DNA of 64,000 nt. It comes from Octopus vulgaris (taxonomy: Eukaryota). Of this stretch, positions 38,111 through 51,415 are shown in pieces. A program made the position numbers and the translations under genes. Under the pieces are notes generated by a model. That model saw only the letters and a program-made list of their open reading frames with translations, had not been told where the DNA came from and ran no database searches. Each line of letters opens with the position of its first letter. The first letter of the stretch is position 1. The stretch lies in contig OX597837.1 of NCBI GenBank assembly GCA_951406725.2, positions 20,460,001 to 20,524,000 of the forward strand, in the 5' to 3' direction.

Positions 38111-38318
38111 TACTGCTTTCATAATTTTAAGGACCCGTATCTTAAGGACTCAATTATATTTTGTTAATAGGGTTTTGTGTATTTGACAGAATGTGTGTGT
38201 TCATGTGTGTGAATGTGTGTGTGTGCTAAATGTAAGGAGAGAAATCATTTTTCTAAAGGGGTAAACTAATTTTATTAAGCTTTTGTGTGCACACAGTCAT
38301 ATTTACAAACAAGCATGA

Positions 38319-38349
<31 letters not shown>

Positions 38350-38552
38350 TACACATGTATGTCTATATGTGTATATATACATGTCTCCTTATGTGGGTGT
38401 CAGCTGACTCAGTGTCTGTAAGGACTTCTATATCAACCAGAAAATGTTTAGAACCACTTGTCTCACAACAGACCAACTGAAGGTCATATGTGGTGTGAAC
38501 CAAATGTTTTTTTTCTGCCATGTGACAAGATGCCTTAATATTATACCAATAT

Positions 38553-38915
38553 AAGGCAGCAAAGCTGGCAGAATCGTTAGTAAAATGTTAGCTGCATTTT
38601 ATCTGTCCTTACATTCTGAGTTCAAATTCAATGAAGCTTCACTTTGCTTTTCATCCTTTCAGGGTCACTAAAATAAGTACCAGTTGAGCACTGGGGTTGA
38701 TGTAGTCGACTTACCCAACCCCCAAAATTGCTGGCCTTGTGTCGAAATTTGAAACAAGCTGGTAGAAACATTAGCAAACTTTGAAGCAAGCTGGGTAAAA
38801 TGCTTAGAGGCATTTCATGATCTTTCATTCTGAGTTCAAATTCTGCTAAAGCTGACTTTGCTCTTCATCCTTTCAGGGTCAATGTAATTGACTTACCTCA
38901 CCCCCAAAATTGCAG
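38553..38915 (+). mobile_element. Tandem SINE B copies
   Basis: Two heads and cores (about 38553 and 38755). Confidence 0.8.
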
Positions 38916-41156
38916 GCAATGTATGTGTTTATGAGCAAAACACCTAAGCCCCATGCAGCTCCAGCAGAAGGTAATGGTGAACCTCAGCTGACTCTTTCGC
39001 CACAACTTTCTCTCACTCTTTCCTCCTGCATCTAGCAGCTCATCTGTGACGGACCGGTGTCCTGTCAAGGTGGGGAACCTATACACCAAGGAAACCAGCC
39101 CTTATAAGCCAGGCATGGCTCAAGAAGGAACAAACAACTGTTCCTCCTAAAGGATGAAACAACAAACCGGTTGAACTTTTTTTTACATTACACAAAATAA
39201 TTGAATAACTTTTTCATACAGTTCCTAATAATATACAATTATAAAAATATAATAGAAATTTTGTAAACATCGAATATCTATGAGGACCCATCCAAGCAAA
39301 ATAGGAACCAAAAGGATCCACAGGTTTAAAAACAGTTGAGAACCACTGCACTAACAGTAAAATGTTTCTGACAAAATTGTTAAGAATATAAGATGTGACC
39401 AGGACAGTTCTGGAATCTAGACAGAATCAGGCAGATTCTGCAGAAGAAATGTTCATGGTTCAATGGAGAGGAAGGTGGCTGCATGTGGAGAGTAGAAAGC
39501 AAGATGAAACAAGTAAGACACCTTGGTCATCCACAGCATCAATCTCCATCCCCAGTCACCTTGACCTGGTCAAGCTTCAATGTTCGTTTTCACATGGTTT
39601 ATGCAGTTGGATGCCCTTTACAATGTCAACCGCAGTACAGAGTGGATAGAGTGCTTTCTCTGTAGTGCCAGCACCTGAGAGGTTGTCTAGGAACCCGCAC
39701 GACAAAGAAAAAGTGTACCTTAACTTGAATGAGGGAGACAGGGGTTGGAGTGGAGAGTAAGGTGGCTTTATGCCAGGTGTTGATGGACTAAAACATGATG
39801 ACTAGCACTCCATTGGCTACGACGATGAGGGTTCCAGTTGATCCAATTGATGGAACAGCCTGCTTGTGAAAATTAATGTGCAAATGGCTTAACACTCTAC
39901 AGACATGCATTCCCTTAAGGTAATTCTCTGGGAGATGCAGCATGACACAGAGTGTGACAAGGCTGGGCCCTCATTTTTGCCAGCTGAATGGACTGGAGTA
40001 ATGGAAAACAAAACGTCTTGCTTAAGGACACAGTGCACCACCAGGTATTGAACTCACAACCATTCAACTGTGAGCCAAATACCCTAACCACTAAGCCATG
40101 CACCTTCACTTGATAGAGGGACAGGTGCTGGTATCTTGCTATAGAGGAGATAAATGGCTACCCTACATAATGGGGGTAGCTGGAAAGAACTCAGTGATGG
40201 TAGTGATAAGGGGCCACAGTATACTCTCAGAGTACAAGAAGATGAGTATAAGAGAGAATATAAACAGAATCGGGGGCCAGGCAAGGCTGGCCAATCGTGG
40301 CCGTTGCCAGCCTCGCCTGGTCCCCGTGCTGGTGGCACATAAAAAGCATCATCCGACCATGGCCGTTTGCCAGCCCCGTCTGGCATCTGTGCCGGTGGCA
40401 CGTAAAAAACACCCCCTACACTCATGGAGTGGTTGGCATTAGAAAGGGCATCCAGCTGTAGAAACATTACCAGATCAGACTGGGCCTGGTGCAGCCTTCT
40501 GGCTTCCCAGACCCCAGTTGAACCGTCCAACCCATGCTAGCATGGAAAGCGGACGCTAAATGATGATGATAAAGGGTCAATGGGTAAGTTCATAAGAGTA
40601 TTAGGGGGCAGTAATAAATGCTCAAAGATGTATGTAAGAGTGGATACAAAGAATGCTGAAAAAGGGGGGAGTGAAACTCCATTAATTTTTTCTTACAAGA
40701 GACGTATCCTCACAAGTTCTTATGAATTTATAATTAAACCCTGTCTACTAAAAAGGTTCTTCCGCACTACTTTATAGGCATACTCAACAAGCTAGAAATA
40801 AGAGTCAAATTCTTGTGAATCAGATCAAACCATATGAAAATAGGAAGGTGTTTTAGATAATGGAGCCCTATATATACAGAAAGACAGGAAAATCAGGCAG
40901 GTAAAGCAGATTTGTGGCTACAAAACAATAACAACAACAACAACAGCACGTCATTGAACAGCAAAACTGCAGTCTACTGCACACCACAGCAGTCTTCAAC
41001 ACACTGCTGCACAACTTTCACTATAATCTATGAGATACCATGACTACAGAAATCATTAAAAGGTCATTGGCTCTCTCATTCTACTTTATGGGATGAACAA
41101 TATAACACTTTAGATACACACATGTATGTATACATATGTATGTATCTATGTATGTA

Positions 41157-41202
<46 letters not shown>

Positions 41203-41284
41203 TACATATATAGTTTATATGCATATAAAAATATATACATACGTACACACACACACACACACATATACATATATATATATACAC

Positions 41285-41690
41285 ATACACAAGTGGTTGT
41301 GTGGTAAGAAGCTTAATTCCTAGTCACACAGTTCCGGGTTCAGTCCAATTGTGTGACACCTAGGGGCAAGTGTCTTCTACTATAGCCTTGGGCTGACCAA
41401 AGCCTTGTGAGTGGATTTGGTGGACAGAAACTAAAAGAAACTCATCGTATATACACATGTGTGTGTGTGTGTGTATGTGTGCGTGTATCTGTGTTTGTTC
41501 CCCCACCATCACCTGACAACTGCTGTCGGTGTGTTTACATCCCTGTAACTTAATGGTTCGGCAAAAGAGCCTGATAGACTATGTACTAGGCTTAGAAAGA
41601 ATAAATCCTGGGGTCGATATTTTCAAATAAAGGCGGTGCTCCAGCCTGGCCACAGTCAAGTAACTGAAACAAGTAATATAACAAAAGAAT
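41285..41690 (+). mobile_element. SINE family A
   Basis: Head to tail match with the 8073 copy. Confidence 0.9.
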
Positions 41691-41841
41691 ATATATATAT
41701 CATCGTCATTATGTTAAACTGTCGTATGTTCAAATTTGGCCAAATCCATTTGTTTCCAATTTTTATTTTTGCTTGCAACAGCCAGTTCTTTCAGTCAAAC
41801 TGTCTTATCTCCAGCTGCTTCAGATGCTAAAATATCAAATA

Positions 41842-42234
41842 CTAGCAGTATCGCCGGGCGTTGCTCAGGTTTGTTTCAACCCTTTAGAATTGAAATTTTT
41901 GAAAAGTAAAAATTTTGCATTATGTAGCTTGTTATTCTCTGTAAGTGAACATTTTTCTGGTTGAAATACACTGAAAAATGGTGACACCGCAGTAAAAAAA
42001 TTGTAAAAAATAGGGATTTTGATAGAAAAAAAAGCACCTTTTTGATGTAAATAAATTTTGGAGATAACATGGTCTGATTTGAATTTTTTCTTCTACGGAA
42101 GGAAGAGCAAGCCTTCTTCTACCATACTCTCAATTTTGGTCAATTTCTGCCGCAGGGTCTCGGAGAAGATAGTGTTAGTTGAAGGCTACCAAACCTGCCA
42201 TACACAGACAACTTCAGCTTTATATATAGAGAGA
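41842..42234 (-). mobile_element. Complete non-autonomous Helitron (about 393 bp)
   Basis: Minus strand starts A|TCTCTCTATATATAAAG and ends with the imperfect hairpin CCTGAGCAACGCCCGG followed by CTAG|T. Inserted between A and T with no TSD. Confidence 0.85.
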
Positions 42235-42582
42235 TTGTCAGTGTTGTACAACAGCCTTGCTATGGAATGGTAAAACTCTTTTTTTTTTTTTGCCTTCTGA
42301 AAAAGCAACGTTTTGGACTTACGACATTTTTGCATAATAGCAACTATATATGTGTATATATACATGGTATGATCAATAAGTATCCAGACTGTTGCCATAG
42401 TAATGACACAAAAGCACACAGAGTGAAGCTGCTTGGCACAGATTGACCTTGAACTCTGCTGTGCACGCACACTAAGTTTTTACATTCTAGCTCACTTGTG
42501 CTGTTTACAGCAGTGCTTGGAAGGAAGGTGTGTAGCGTGTGATCATCGCATTATATATATATATACATATATACATACATCT

Positions 42583-42648
<66 letters not shown>

Positions 42649-42843
42649 GTATATATATATGCATATGTAGGCACAGGACATCACAAAACGTGTACAACAA
42701 TAAAGTATGAAGCATGAGTACATGGAACATGAACTATTCTTTCAAACAACGAAAGTCACAAATGGAAAACAAAACAAACAACATAAAGAACAACCCTTCT
42801 TCAGTTGTTGGCTGTTTTTCTAGTTTCATATTTCGTGCATTTA

Positions 42844-42875
<32 letters not shown>

Positions 42876-42876
42876 C

Positions 42877-43130
42877 AAACAATTGCAGCACAAGAGATGT
42901 TTATAAGCCATTTAAGAACACACAAAAAAACCGTTAGATTCTTTTCAACATTTAAAATAAATTAAATTAAATTAAATTAAATGTAGATGTTGAAGGGAAT
43001 GAAGTGAATCTAATGGATTTTTGTGTGTTCTTAAATGGCTTATAAACATCTCTCATGCTGCAATTGTTTTTGCTTCAGCACATGAGCTTAGATCAAGTCA
43101 CTTGCTATGCAAGTACATCTCTGTAATATA
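42877..43130. mobile_element. TA-embedded fold-back element
   Basis: 42877-42955 is inverted at about 42980-43069 around an (AATTA)n centre. An unpaired extension runs to 43130, then TA. Confidence 0.75.
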
Positions 43131-43532
43131 TATATTTTTATATATATAATCATATATATGTATGTATATGTATGTACATATCTATATGTATGTATATGTG
43201 TTGGTGTGTGTGCATGTACATATATGTATGCATGTGTATGTGTTTGTGCCTCTGTGTATGTGCGTGTGTGTGTGTGTGTGTATAGATAAATAGATTATGC
43301 ATTGATTCATATAATATTGATTTCTCAATATAAATCATACAATGCTTGAAATCATTGTTGAAGAAACATGGAAACAATTTATGAATAAATAAATATGTTT
43401 GTGTCCTTTTCATTAAAACTGACCAGGGGCTATAACAACAACAACATCAACAAAACAACAAAGAAATCTACACATAAACATATCCCTACACACACATATG
43501 CATATATATTGCATATATATATATATATATAT

Positions 43533-43720
43533 AACAAAGCATTAGAGGTTTTTAGCTCTTATTTCTAGCAATGTAGATGTACTAAGACCCTAGTCATATT
43601 TAGTGACAATTATAGTTTTCATTTTGGATAACAAATTGCACACAGCTGTCTATATTCATTTTTTGGTTGGATTATCTATATAGATAGATATAAACCAATA
43701 AAACACTTATTCAGGTAATT
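43533..43720 (+). mobile_element. TA-adjacent pLTR-like element
   Basis: Antisense TGCTAGAAATAAGAGCTAAA at 43551-43570, ACAGCTGTC palindrome (hammerhead stem III remnant) at 43642, and AATAAA at 43697. Confidence 0.45.
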
Positions 43721-43849
43721 TTAAAAAAAACAAAAAAAAAACAGATTAACAAAGAAATCTACACATAAACATATCCCTACAAATCATTATATGACCTTGT
43801 GCCAAAGTTAGAAATCAATATCATCACCATCATTGTTGCTGTTGTTGTT

Positions 43850-45050
43850 GAAGCTAGAGAGCTGGCAGAATCATTAAGTACACTGGGCAAAATGCTTAGT
43901 AGTACTAAGTCCACCTTTATGCTCTGGGTTCTAATCCCACTGGGGTTGGTTTTGTCTCTCATCTTTTCAGGGTTAATAAATTAAGTACCAGTTAAGTGCT
44001 GGGGTTGATGTAATTGACTAGGCCTCGCCCCACAAATTTCAGGCATTGTGCCTATAGTAGAAAGCATTATCATTATTAAGGCAGCACAGCAACCTGGCAG
44101 CATTGTTACTGCAGCAGGGAAAATGCTTAGTGGCATTTCATCCATATTATGTTCTGAGTTCAAAATCCCACTGGGGTTGGTTTTGTCTCTCATCCTTTTC
44201 AGGGTTAATAAAATTAAGTACCAGTTAAGTGCTGGGGTTGATGTAATCAACTTCACCTGAAATCGCTGGCCTTGTGCCAAAATTTGAAATCTTCATTTTT
44301 ATTATCATTATTGCTATTAAGGAAGCAAGCTGCTAGAATAGACAGAAAGCTGTCTATTCTATGGCGGCGAGCTGGCAGAAACGTTAGCACGCCGGGCGAA
44401 ATACTTTGCAGTATTTCGTCTGTCTTCACGTTCTGAGTTCAAAATAAACTGAGGTTGACTTTGCCATTCATCCTTTCAGGGTCGATAAAATAAGTACTTG
44501 AGTACTGGGGGTTCCATGTAATCGACTTAATCCCTTTGTCTGTCCTTGTTTGTCCCCTCTATGTTTAGCCCCTTGTGGGCAATAAAGAAAAAAGAACAGA
44601 CATCATGTCAGACAAAATGTTCAGTGGCATTTCTTCTGACTCATTACATTCTGAGCTCTCATCCCACCATAGTCACCATGGTCTTTCTAATTTTAGCACA
44701 AGGCCAGCAATTTTGAGGCAAGTAAGATGAAGGATTACATTGACTTCAGTGTCGATTGGTATTCATTTAATTGACACAGAACAAACAAAAGTTAAAAGCC
44801 AACTTTGGCAGAATTTGAACTCGAACATAAAGGGTCAGAAATACCACTGTGAATTTTGTCCAGTGTGCTCACCATTCTGCCAGCATGCCAATAACAGTTT
44901 CTGATTTTGAAACAGACCCCAGTCCTTAATGGGACTTATTTTTACCAACCCTAAAAGGATTAAAAGCAAGGTTGACCTCAACACAATTTGAGCCTAGAAC
45001 ATAAAGATGGACAAAATACCACTAAATATTTTGTTCAGTGTACCAATGAT
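43850..45050. mobile_element. Dense SINE B array (plus-strand copies 43850-44590, minus-strand copies 44680-45050)
   Basis: Repeated heads and cores. The copies at 43850 and 44080 share a private variant (CCCACTGGGGTTGGTTTTGTCTCTCATC). Confidence 0.85.
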
Positions 45051-46104
45051 TCTTGTCAGTTAATATTATTATTATAGTTATAATAATAAATTGCAAATTA
45101 ACATTTTGTTCGTTTCTTTCTTTCTCTATAACACAATCATTTTTGGAAATAAGTTTCATCAGCCGATTTTATCACAAGATTTGCTCATCTCATACACATA
45201 CATTTATACACTCAGAAATTTATATATTTACATGCACAGAGCCAAAGGCAACTTGACAAAAGTACATACACACATACATACACACTACAAAAAAAAAATA
45301 CCCAGAGGCACACATTCACTGAGGAGCATACATATACATAAACAGATGTACATATAAATTTATCATCATCATCATCGTCGTCGTTTAACGTCCGTTTTCC
45401 ATGCTGGAATGAGTTGGACAGTTTGACTGAGGTCTGGAGAGCCAGCAGCTGCACCAGGCTCAAATCTGATCATTTATACACAGAAAAAAAAACACACACA
45501 CACTTAGAGAGGAACATACACAAGTATGAACACAAACACACACAGAAATGTAGTAACATATACAAACAAACACACATACAAGTGCACATATAAACACACA
45601 TACTACACATAGAGAAACACATACATACACAAGCACCAACCCCATTCTATCCTAACACATAAAATATAATTTAATTGACCCTAAAACTAGAACTCATTAA
45701 CATTTACAGCTTCTATTTAAACTGCAACTAAAGATATAATTAATTGATTAATTAATTAATTGCTACTTATTAAATGAAGAGGTAAAATTTGCTGAATAGG
45801 TAAAATATTTAACAGAGGAACCCACAAGTCATCAGTTCAAACCTGGCATTGGGACTATGTTGTCACAAGGACTCAACCTTGTATATTCTGCATTGGCTCA
45901 ATTCAGTCCTTGGTCAATTGAGGGCAATTTATAGCCCATGACCAGCCCATCTGTTTTTTGCAAGGCTGTCGTATATAAATATTGGACTGCATTCTCAACA
46001 ATGCCTTTTATTTGATTTGCTGTGTCTATAAATATACCAGGCTAAAGTGCCTTCTTCCCTGTTGTAAGGAGCTGAAACTTGGACAATTTACAAAGCTTAA
46101 GTAG

Positions 46105-46370
46105 GCACAAGTTACATACATATATGATGGGACAGCTGAGACAGGTCACGAATAACATTCTATTAGACAGAATCAAGAATGAAGAAATCCCCTAGTGTGC
46201 TCTTCTGCCTCGTTATGATGGAAATTGATAGAAATCTACGTTAGTTGAGACGTATACACAGGATGGACAACAAGAGACTCCCCAGATAAATTCTTTACTC
46301 CCAACTAAGCAAGGGAAAAAGAAACCATGGAAGATCTAGACTGAGATTCAAAGATACTGCAAAAAGGAAT
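46105..46370 (+). pseudogene. RTE-type LINE fragment
   Basis: KLHTYMMGQLR..DRIKNEEI..HRMDNKRLP..ILYSQL..KRNHGRSRLRFKDTAK, with frameshifts. Confidence 0.75.
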
Positions 46371-46704
46371 ACAGGTACAGCTCATTTTTGCCAGCTGAAT
46401 GGACTGGAGCAATGTGAAATAAAGCATCTTGCTCAAGGATAAAATGCATCACTGAGGATTGAACTCATAACCTTACAATTGTGAGCTGAATACCCTTAAC
46501 CACTAAGCCACATGCCTTCACATACAACAAACCTGTATTGTAGAGACTGGAGTGTATCTGTGAGTTATTTTATGCCAATGAGTCAAATGACAAGTCCAGG
46601 CTGAACGTGTGCAGCTGAAGCACTGTCCCAATGTTAAATTAGAGAAAGATTTGGCAATTTCTAGCAAGTCAGACAATCACAGAGAACTTCCTCTTTCATA
46701 TACC

Positions 46705-46936
46705 TATTTCTTTACAACACACAAGGGACTAAACACAGAGGGGACAAACAAGGACAGACAAACGGATTAAGTCGATTATAGTGACCCCAGTGAGTAACTG
46801 GTACTTATTTAATCGACCCTGAAAAGATGAAAGGCAAAGTTGACCTCGGCGGAATTTGAACTCAGAACGTAGCAGCAGACGAAATACTGCTAAGCATTTC
46901 GCCCGGCGTGCTGACGTTTCTGCCAGCTCGCTGCCT
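46705..46936 (-). mobile_element. SINE family B, full-length
   Basis: Full reverse complement. TTTCATATACC occurs on both flanks (about 46694 and 46942), a probable TSD. Confidence 0.9.
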
Positions 46937-47990
46937 TCTTCTTTCATATACCACTGTAGCCTGTAGACAGAAACAAGAACCAGAGCAATTTCATCAGATT
47001 ACCTGTGATACACTGTCAATATAAGCAGGAGGAGTTTTCCCAAAATAATTAACAGGTTATTTTCTCAACTGTGTCAAATAAGTTATTATTGTTGTTGTTT
47101 AAACCAAGGTCACTTTTAATATGCAGATCCTTTAATCAATGGTATTCTAACCAATAACCATTCTATTTACAAAGAATACAGACTTCATTATCCAATATGT
47201 TTTCCCTTTCTTTCGGATAATTAAGATGTGATTGAGATGGCAGGGGAGACGGAGAGTTGGCTGCTGTTTCTAGCAGATCAAGCAATCACATAGAGCTTCA
47301 TTTGTAATTGGTTTCAAATTTTGGCACAAGGCCAGCAATTTTGGGGAAGGGGCTAAGATTATTAAATTGACCCCAGTGCTCAACTGGTACTTATTTATCA
47401 AGGCTGAAACACTAGGTCAACTCCAGCAGCATTTGAACCCATAATGTAAAGATAAATAAAATGCTGCTAAGCATTTTGCCCAGCATGCTACCAATTCAAC
47501 CAGTTTTAATGATTCATTTGTAATAATTAACAGATTAATTAATTAATTAATTAATCTGATGAACCCTATTAATGAACACTGAAAAGATTCAACTGTTTCC
47601 ACAAGCATTTAACAGGAAATGTCAGGAGCAAGTCAACCCTGAGTCAGTAAATGCTTCAGCATTTAAACTGACTATATCCAGCCCAAATATCCTACTTGCT
47701 TTATGGTCAAACCAGCCAGATCTGGCTTCTTACACCTATCCTACAATGTCATTCTAAAAAAAATCCCAAAGCTATGAGATAATGCATGATTAATTAAAAA
47801 CAGTGAATAGAGAAGCATTACATTTGACAGAGTATCCTGAATGCTAAAAGGTTAACTTTCAACTGCGACCATCTTTGCCTTTTTTTTTTTCAGGCATAGT
47901 TTATCTTGGACTACATTATTTAATGTATTCTTCCCTGATGAAAATTGCATGGAGTGATTTGAGGGAAATATGATTGCTATTGCTATTTCT

Positions 47991-48225
47991 TATTTCTTTA
48001 GTGTCCACAAGGAGCTACACACAGAAGGGACAAACAAGGACAGACAAACGGATTAAGTCGATTATATCGACCCCAGTGCGTAACTGGTACTTATTTAATC
48101 GACCCCGAAAGGATGAAAGGCAAAGTCGACCTCGGCGGAATTTGAACTAAGAACGTAGTGGCAGATGAAATACCGCTGAGCATTTCGCCCAGCATGCTAA
48201 CATTTCTGCCAGCTCGCCACCTTCA
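47991..48225 (-). mobile_element. SINE family B, full-length with 12-bp TSD, inserted in a family D head
   Basis: ATTGCTATTTCT at 47979-47990 and 48226-48237. Confidence 0.92.
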
Positions 48226-49057
48226 ATTGCTATTTCTAGCAGATTAAATGACCATGTAGGGACTTCTTTTATAGCTCACTCACAATTAACAAACAGGTTG
48301 ACAATTCTGGCAACAAAAAAGTAAAAAAAAAAAAAAAATAAGAATAAGAATTAATAAGTTAATTGATTTGCTTTACATATTAACTGTTCTCACAAACAAA
48401 CAGTTAACAAGTTAATTACTCTGACAATCAGGTAACAAGTGAAATATCCAGGCAATCAGCTGAATGGCTATTCTGGCAAATAATACTGCATTTGCAAGAA
48501 AACTGAGGAATGCTATACATAAATGTGCCAAGACAAAATTACGTGGTCGTTCAAGCTGGTCTCTTATAATCTCATGGAATTTCTCTCTTCCTTATTAACT
48601 GATTTGTAGCTGACATTTCTCCGCTAACTATCGCAGAGGTGCATTGAACCGTGACTTTTTAATTGCAGCGCTTTCTCTCAAAAGACGTATCGACAAATTT
48701 ATCTGTTTGTTCAAGTGTACTTACACCGAGGAAGACGATCTCAAGGTGTGTGCTGAGTATAGGTCAACAAGTTATTAACTTTTTATCAGAACAGTGGCTG
48801 AGTGGTTAGTGGCACAGTGTTACTAGATCAAAGAACACCAGTTCAAACCTTGCAACAGATAGCATCACCACGTGTCTAACATTGATATTATATTCAAAAG
48901 AAGTCCATTAATCCAAGTTTGGGAGATAGATATTTACAGCTATTCTTCAGTACACACACAAACACACACAAACATATACAACCATCAAAATGGTCATTGT
49001 ACTGAATAAAGATGAGTGTTAAATCTATCTTCCATTTCCTTCATCAATTATTATTAT

Positions 49058-49098
<41 letters not shown>

Positions 49099-50609
49099 CA
49101 TCATCATCATCATCATCATCATCGTTTAACATCCGCTTCCCATGCTGGCATGGATTGGACGGTTTGACTGGGGACTGGTGAGCCAGATGGCTGCACCAAG
49201 CTCCAATCTGATCTGGCAGAGTTTCTACAGCTGGATGCCCTTCCTAACACCAACCACTCCGAGAGTATAGTAGGTACTTTTATGTGCCACTGGCATGAGG
49301 GCCAGTCAGGTGGTACTGGCAATGGCCATGCTCAAATGGTGTGTTTACATGTCACCTGCACAGGAGCCACCAGCGGCACTGGCAACGCCCTCGCTCAAAT
49401 GTTGTATTTCACGTACCACCGGCATGGTATGCTGTATAAGTGGTCTCAGATTATCACAAGTATTACATCATAACACCATGGCAGAGTATCTGTATCAACA
49501 AAAGCTATTTCTTATGTGATCTATTTCTCAGAAAGAACTACTGCAAAATTACAAAACCTTTATCAAATTGGGCAACTATACAGCTGAGTTTGGAACCAAA
49601 GCAGAATGGCAGCCTTGCTACTGTGTATGGGAAAGAACCATGCAATGGAGAGGATGGCTTGTGGAGGGACTGGCTGCTAGAGCCAGCATACAGTGCCCAT
49701 CTTTTATCTTTTATTTGTCTCAGTCTTTGAAGTGCAGCCATGTTGGGTCACCACCTTGAAGGGTTTAGTTGAAAAAAAAATCAACCCCAGTCCTAATCAA
49801 ACTGAAGCAGATTTGGGTAATCTGCTTATCAATTAGTAATAGTTATTTAGATGATGGGGGTACCAACTTATAATTCTAAAAATTATCATCATTATCATCA
49901 TCATTTAATGTCCCTTTTTCCATGCTGGCATGGGTTGGATGACTCAACATGAATAGATTGAGCCAGAGGGCTTCATTGATCTATGTCTGCTTCACTGATC
50001 TCATACGTCAGCTGGATGCCCTTCCTAATGCCTATCATTTCAGAGTGTACTGGGTGTTTTTTTTTTCTGTGGCACCAGCATTAATAAGATTCATAAGAAC
50101 CTGAAAAACAAGACCCACTCAACAGAACAGAATATAGCAGTGAGGGATAAGAAAATAAGATAAAGGGACAGAGGGAGAGAAAAAGTTAATATTGTAGTTA
50201 AGTATGTTAGGGTGACAATAGTGTGACAGATGACAGGGAACAACACAGGGAAAATCAGTACAGCGGAAGTAAAGGAAGGAAACATGGTACTGCAGAAAAC
50301 TGACGGAAGAATGGATGTTAGAAGACGAGATGAGGGGGAAGGCTTGAGAGAAGCTCAATTCTGACAAGCTGGAAGGACTTCTGAAGCACGACATCCAGCT
50401 GTAAAACAAAACAGCAAAAACATGCCATCCAAATCAATGAAAACTGCTAAATGCATACCATGAGGGTGGTGTGTGCATTAGTGGGGCAGTCATATGGAAA
50501 CATGTGGCCGTATGTGGTGAGGCCTTGTTGGCCCTCATTAAACAAATGCCCGTTTCCAGATAATAGAAAGAGGAAAAAAAAATGTCAAGTAAATTCCCAC
50601 CAACCTCAC

Positions 50610-50798
50610 CACTAACACCTGAAGACCTTTTGTTTCCGATTCAGTTGGAAAACTTCAGGGGATGTTACTGTGTGATGAAACGGTATGTCTGGAGAGAATT
50701 ACAGAGACATTAGGGTGGTGGCAAGTAGATGTATGCTGTGTACATCTAGCGCAGGGGGTAAGGCTTCAGCAGCTGCCGCCGCCGCCACCACCGCCACC

Positions 50799-50830
<32 letters not shown>

Positions 50831-51260
50831 CCTTCATCATCATTATCGTTACCATCACCACCACCGCCACCACCACTGTCATTGTCATCACCACCATTGT
50901 CATATTCAATCCTTCTCCTCCTCATCATACTCACTACTGAAGCGCAGCATCTTCATCATTGTTGGCAGCAGTGAGACTCGTAGTAGTAGTAGTAGTAGTA
51001 GTCTAAGGAGGAGGAGGAGCACCAGAGTGCAGCAGTAGCAGTTACCGATGCTGCTGCTGCTGCTCACCGTACACTGCATGTGCATTCCTGCAGTGTGTGT
51101 TTACTTGCTGCAAGTGACCAGCATAGAATAACTGCGTGATGAGTAATGTCAGTTTGTTGTTGTTGTTGTTGTTGTTGTGTGAGTCAGGGGTTCTGGCAGA
51201 AGTGAGCTGAGAGATGCACACAGACAATAGAAATAAGCTGGGTCTATCACACACACATAC
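50610..51260. other. GC-richer, trinucleotide-repeat-rich, TE-free segment; possible 5'UTR or first exon
   Basis: (GCC)/(CAC)/(AAC)/(GTA)/(GCT) runs with retained CpGs and several short ORFs on both strands. A minus-strand donor-like G|GTGAGG lies near 50608. Confidence 0.3.
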
Positions 51261-51347
51261 ACGATACTAAGCCATCTCTAACACGCACACACATACATTA
51301 AGCCAGTTTTAATGTACACATATATACACACAAGTACCTAGCAGATG

Positions 51348-51415
<68 letters not shown>

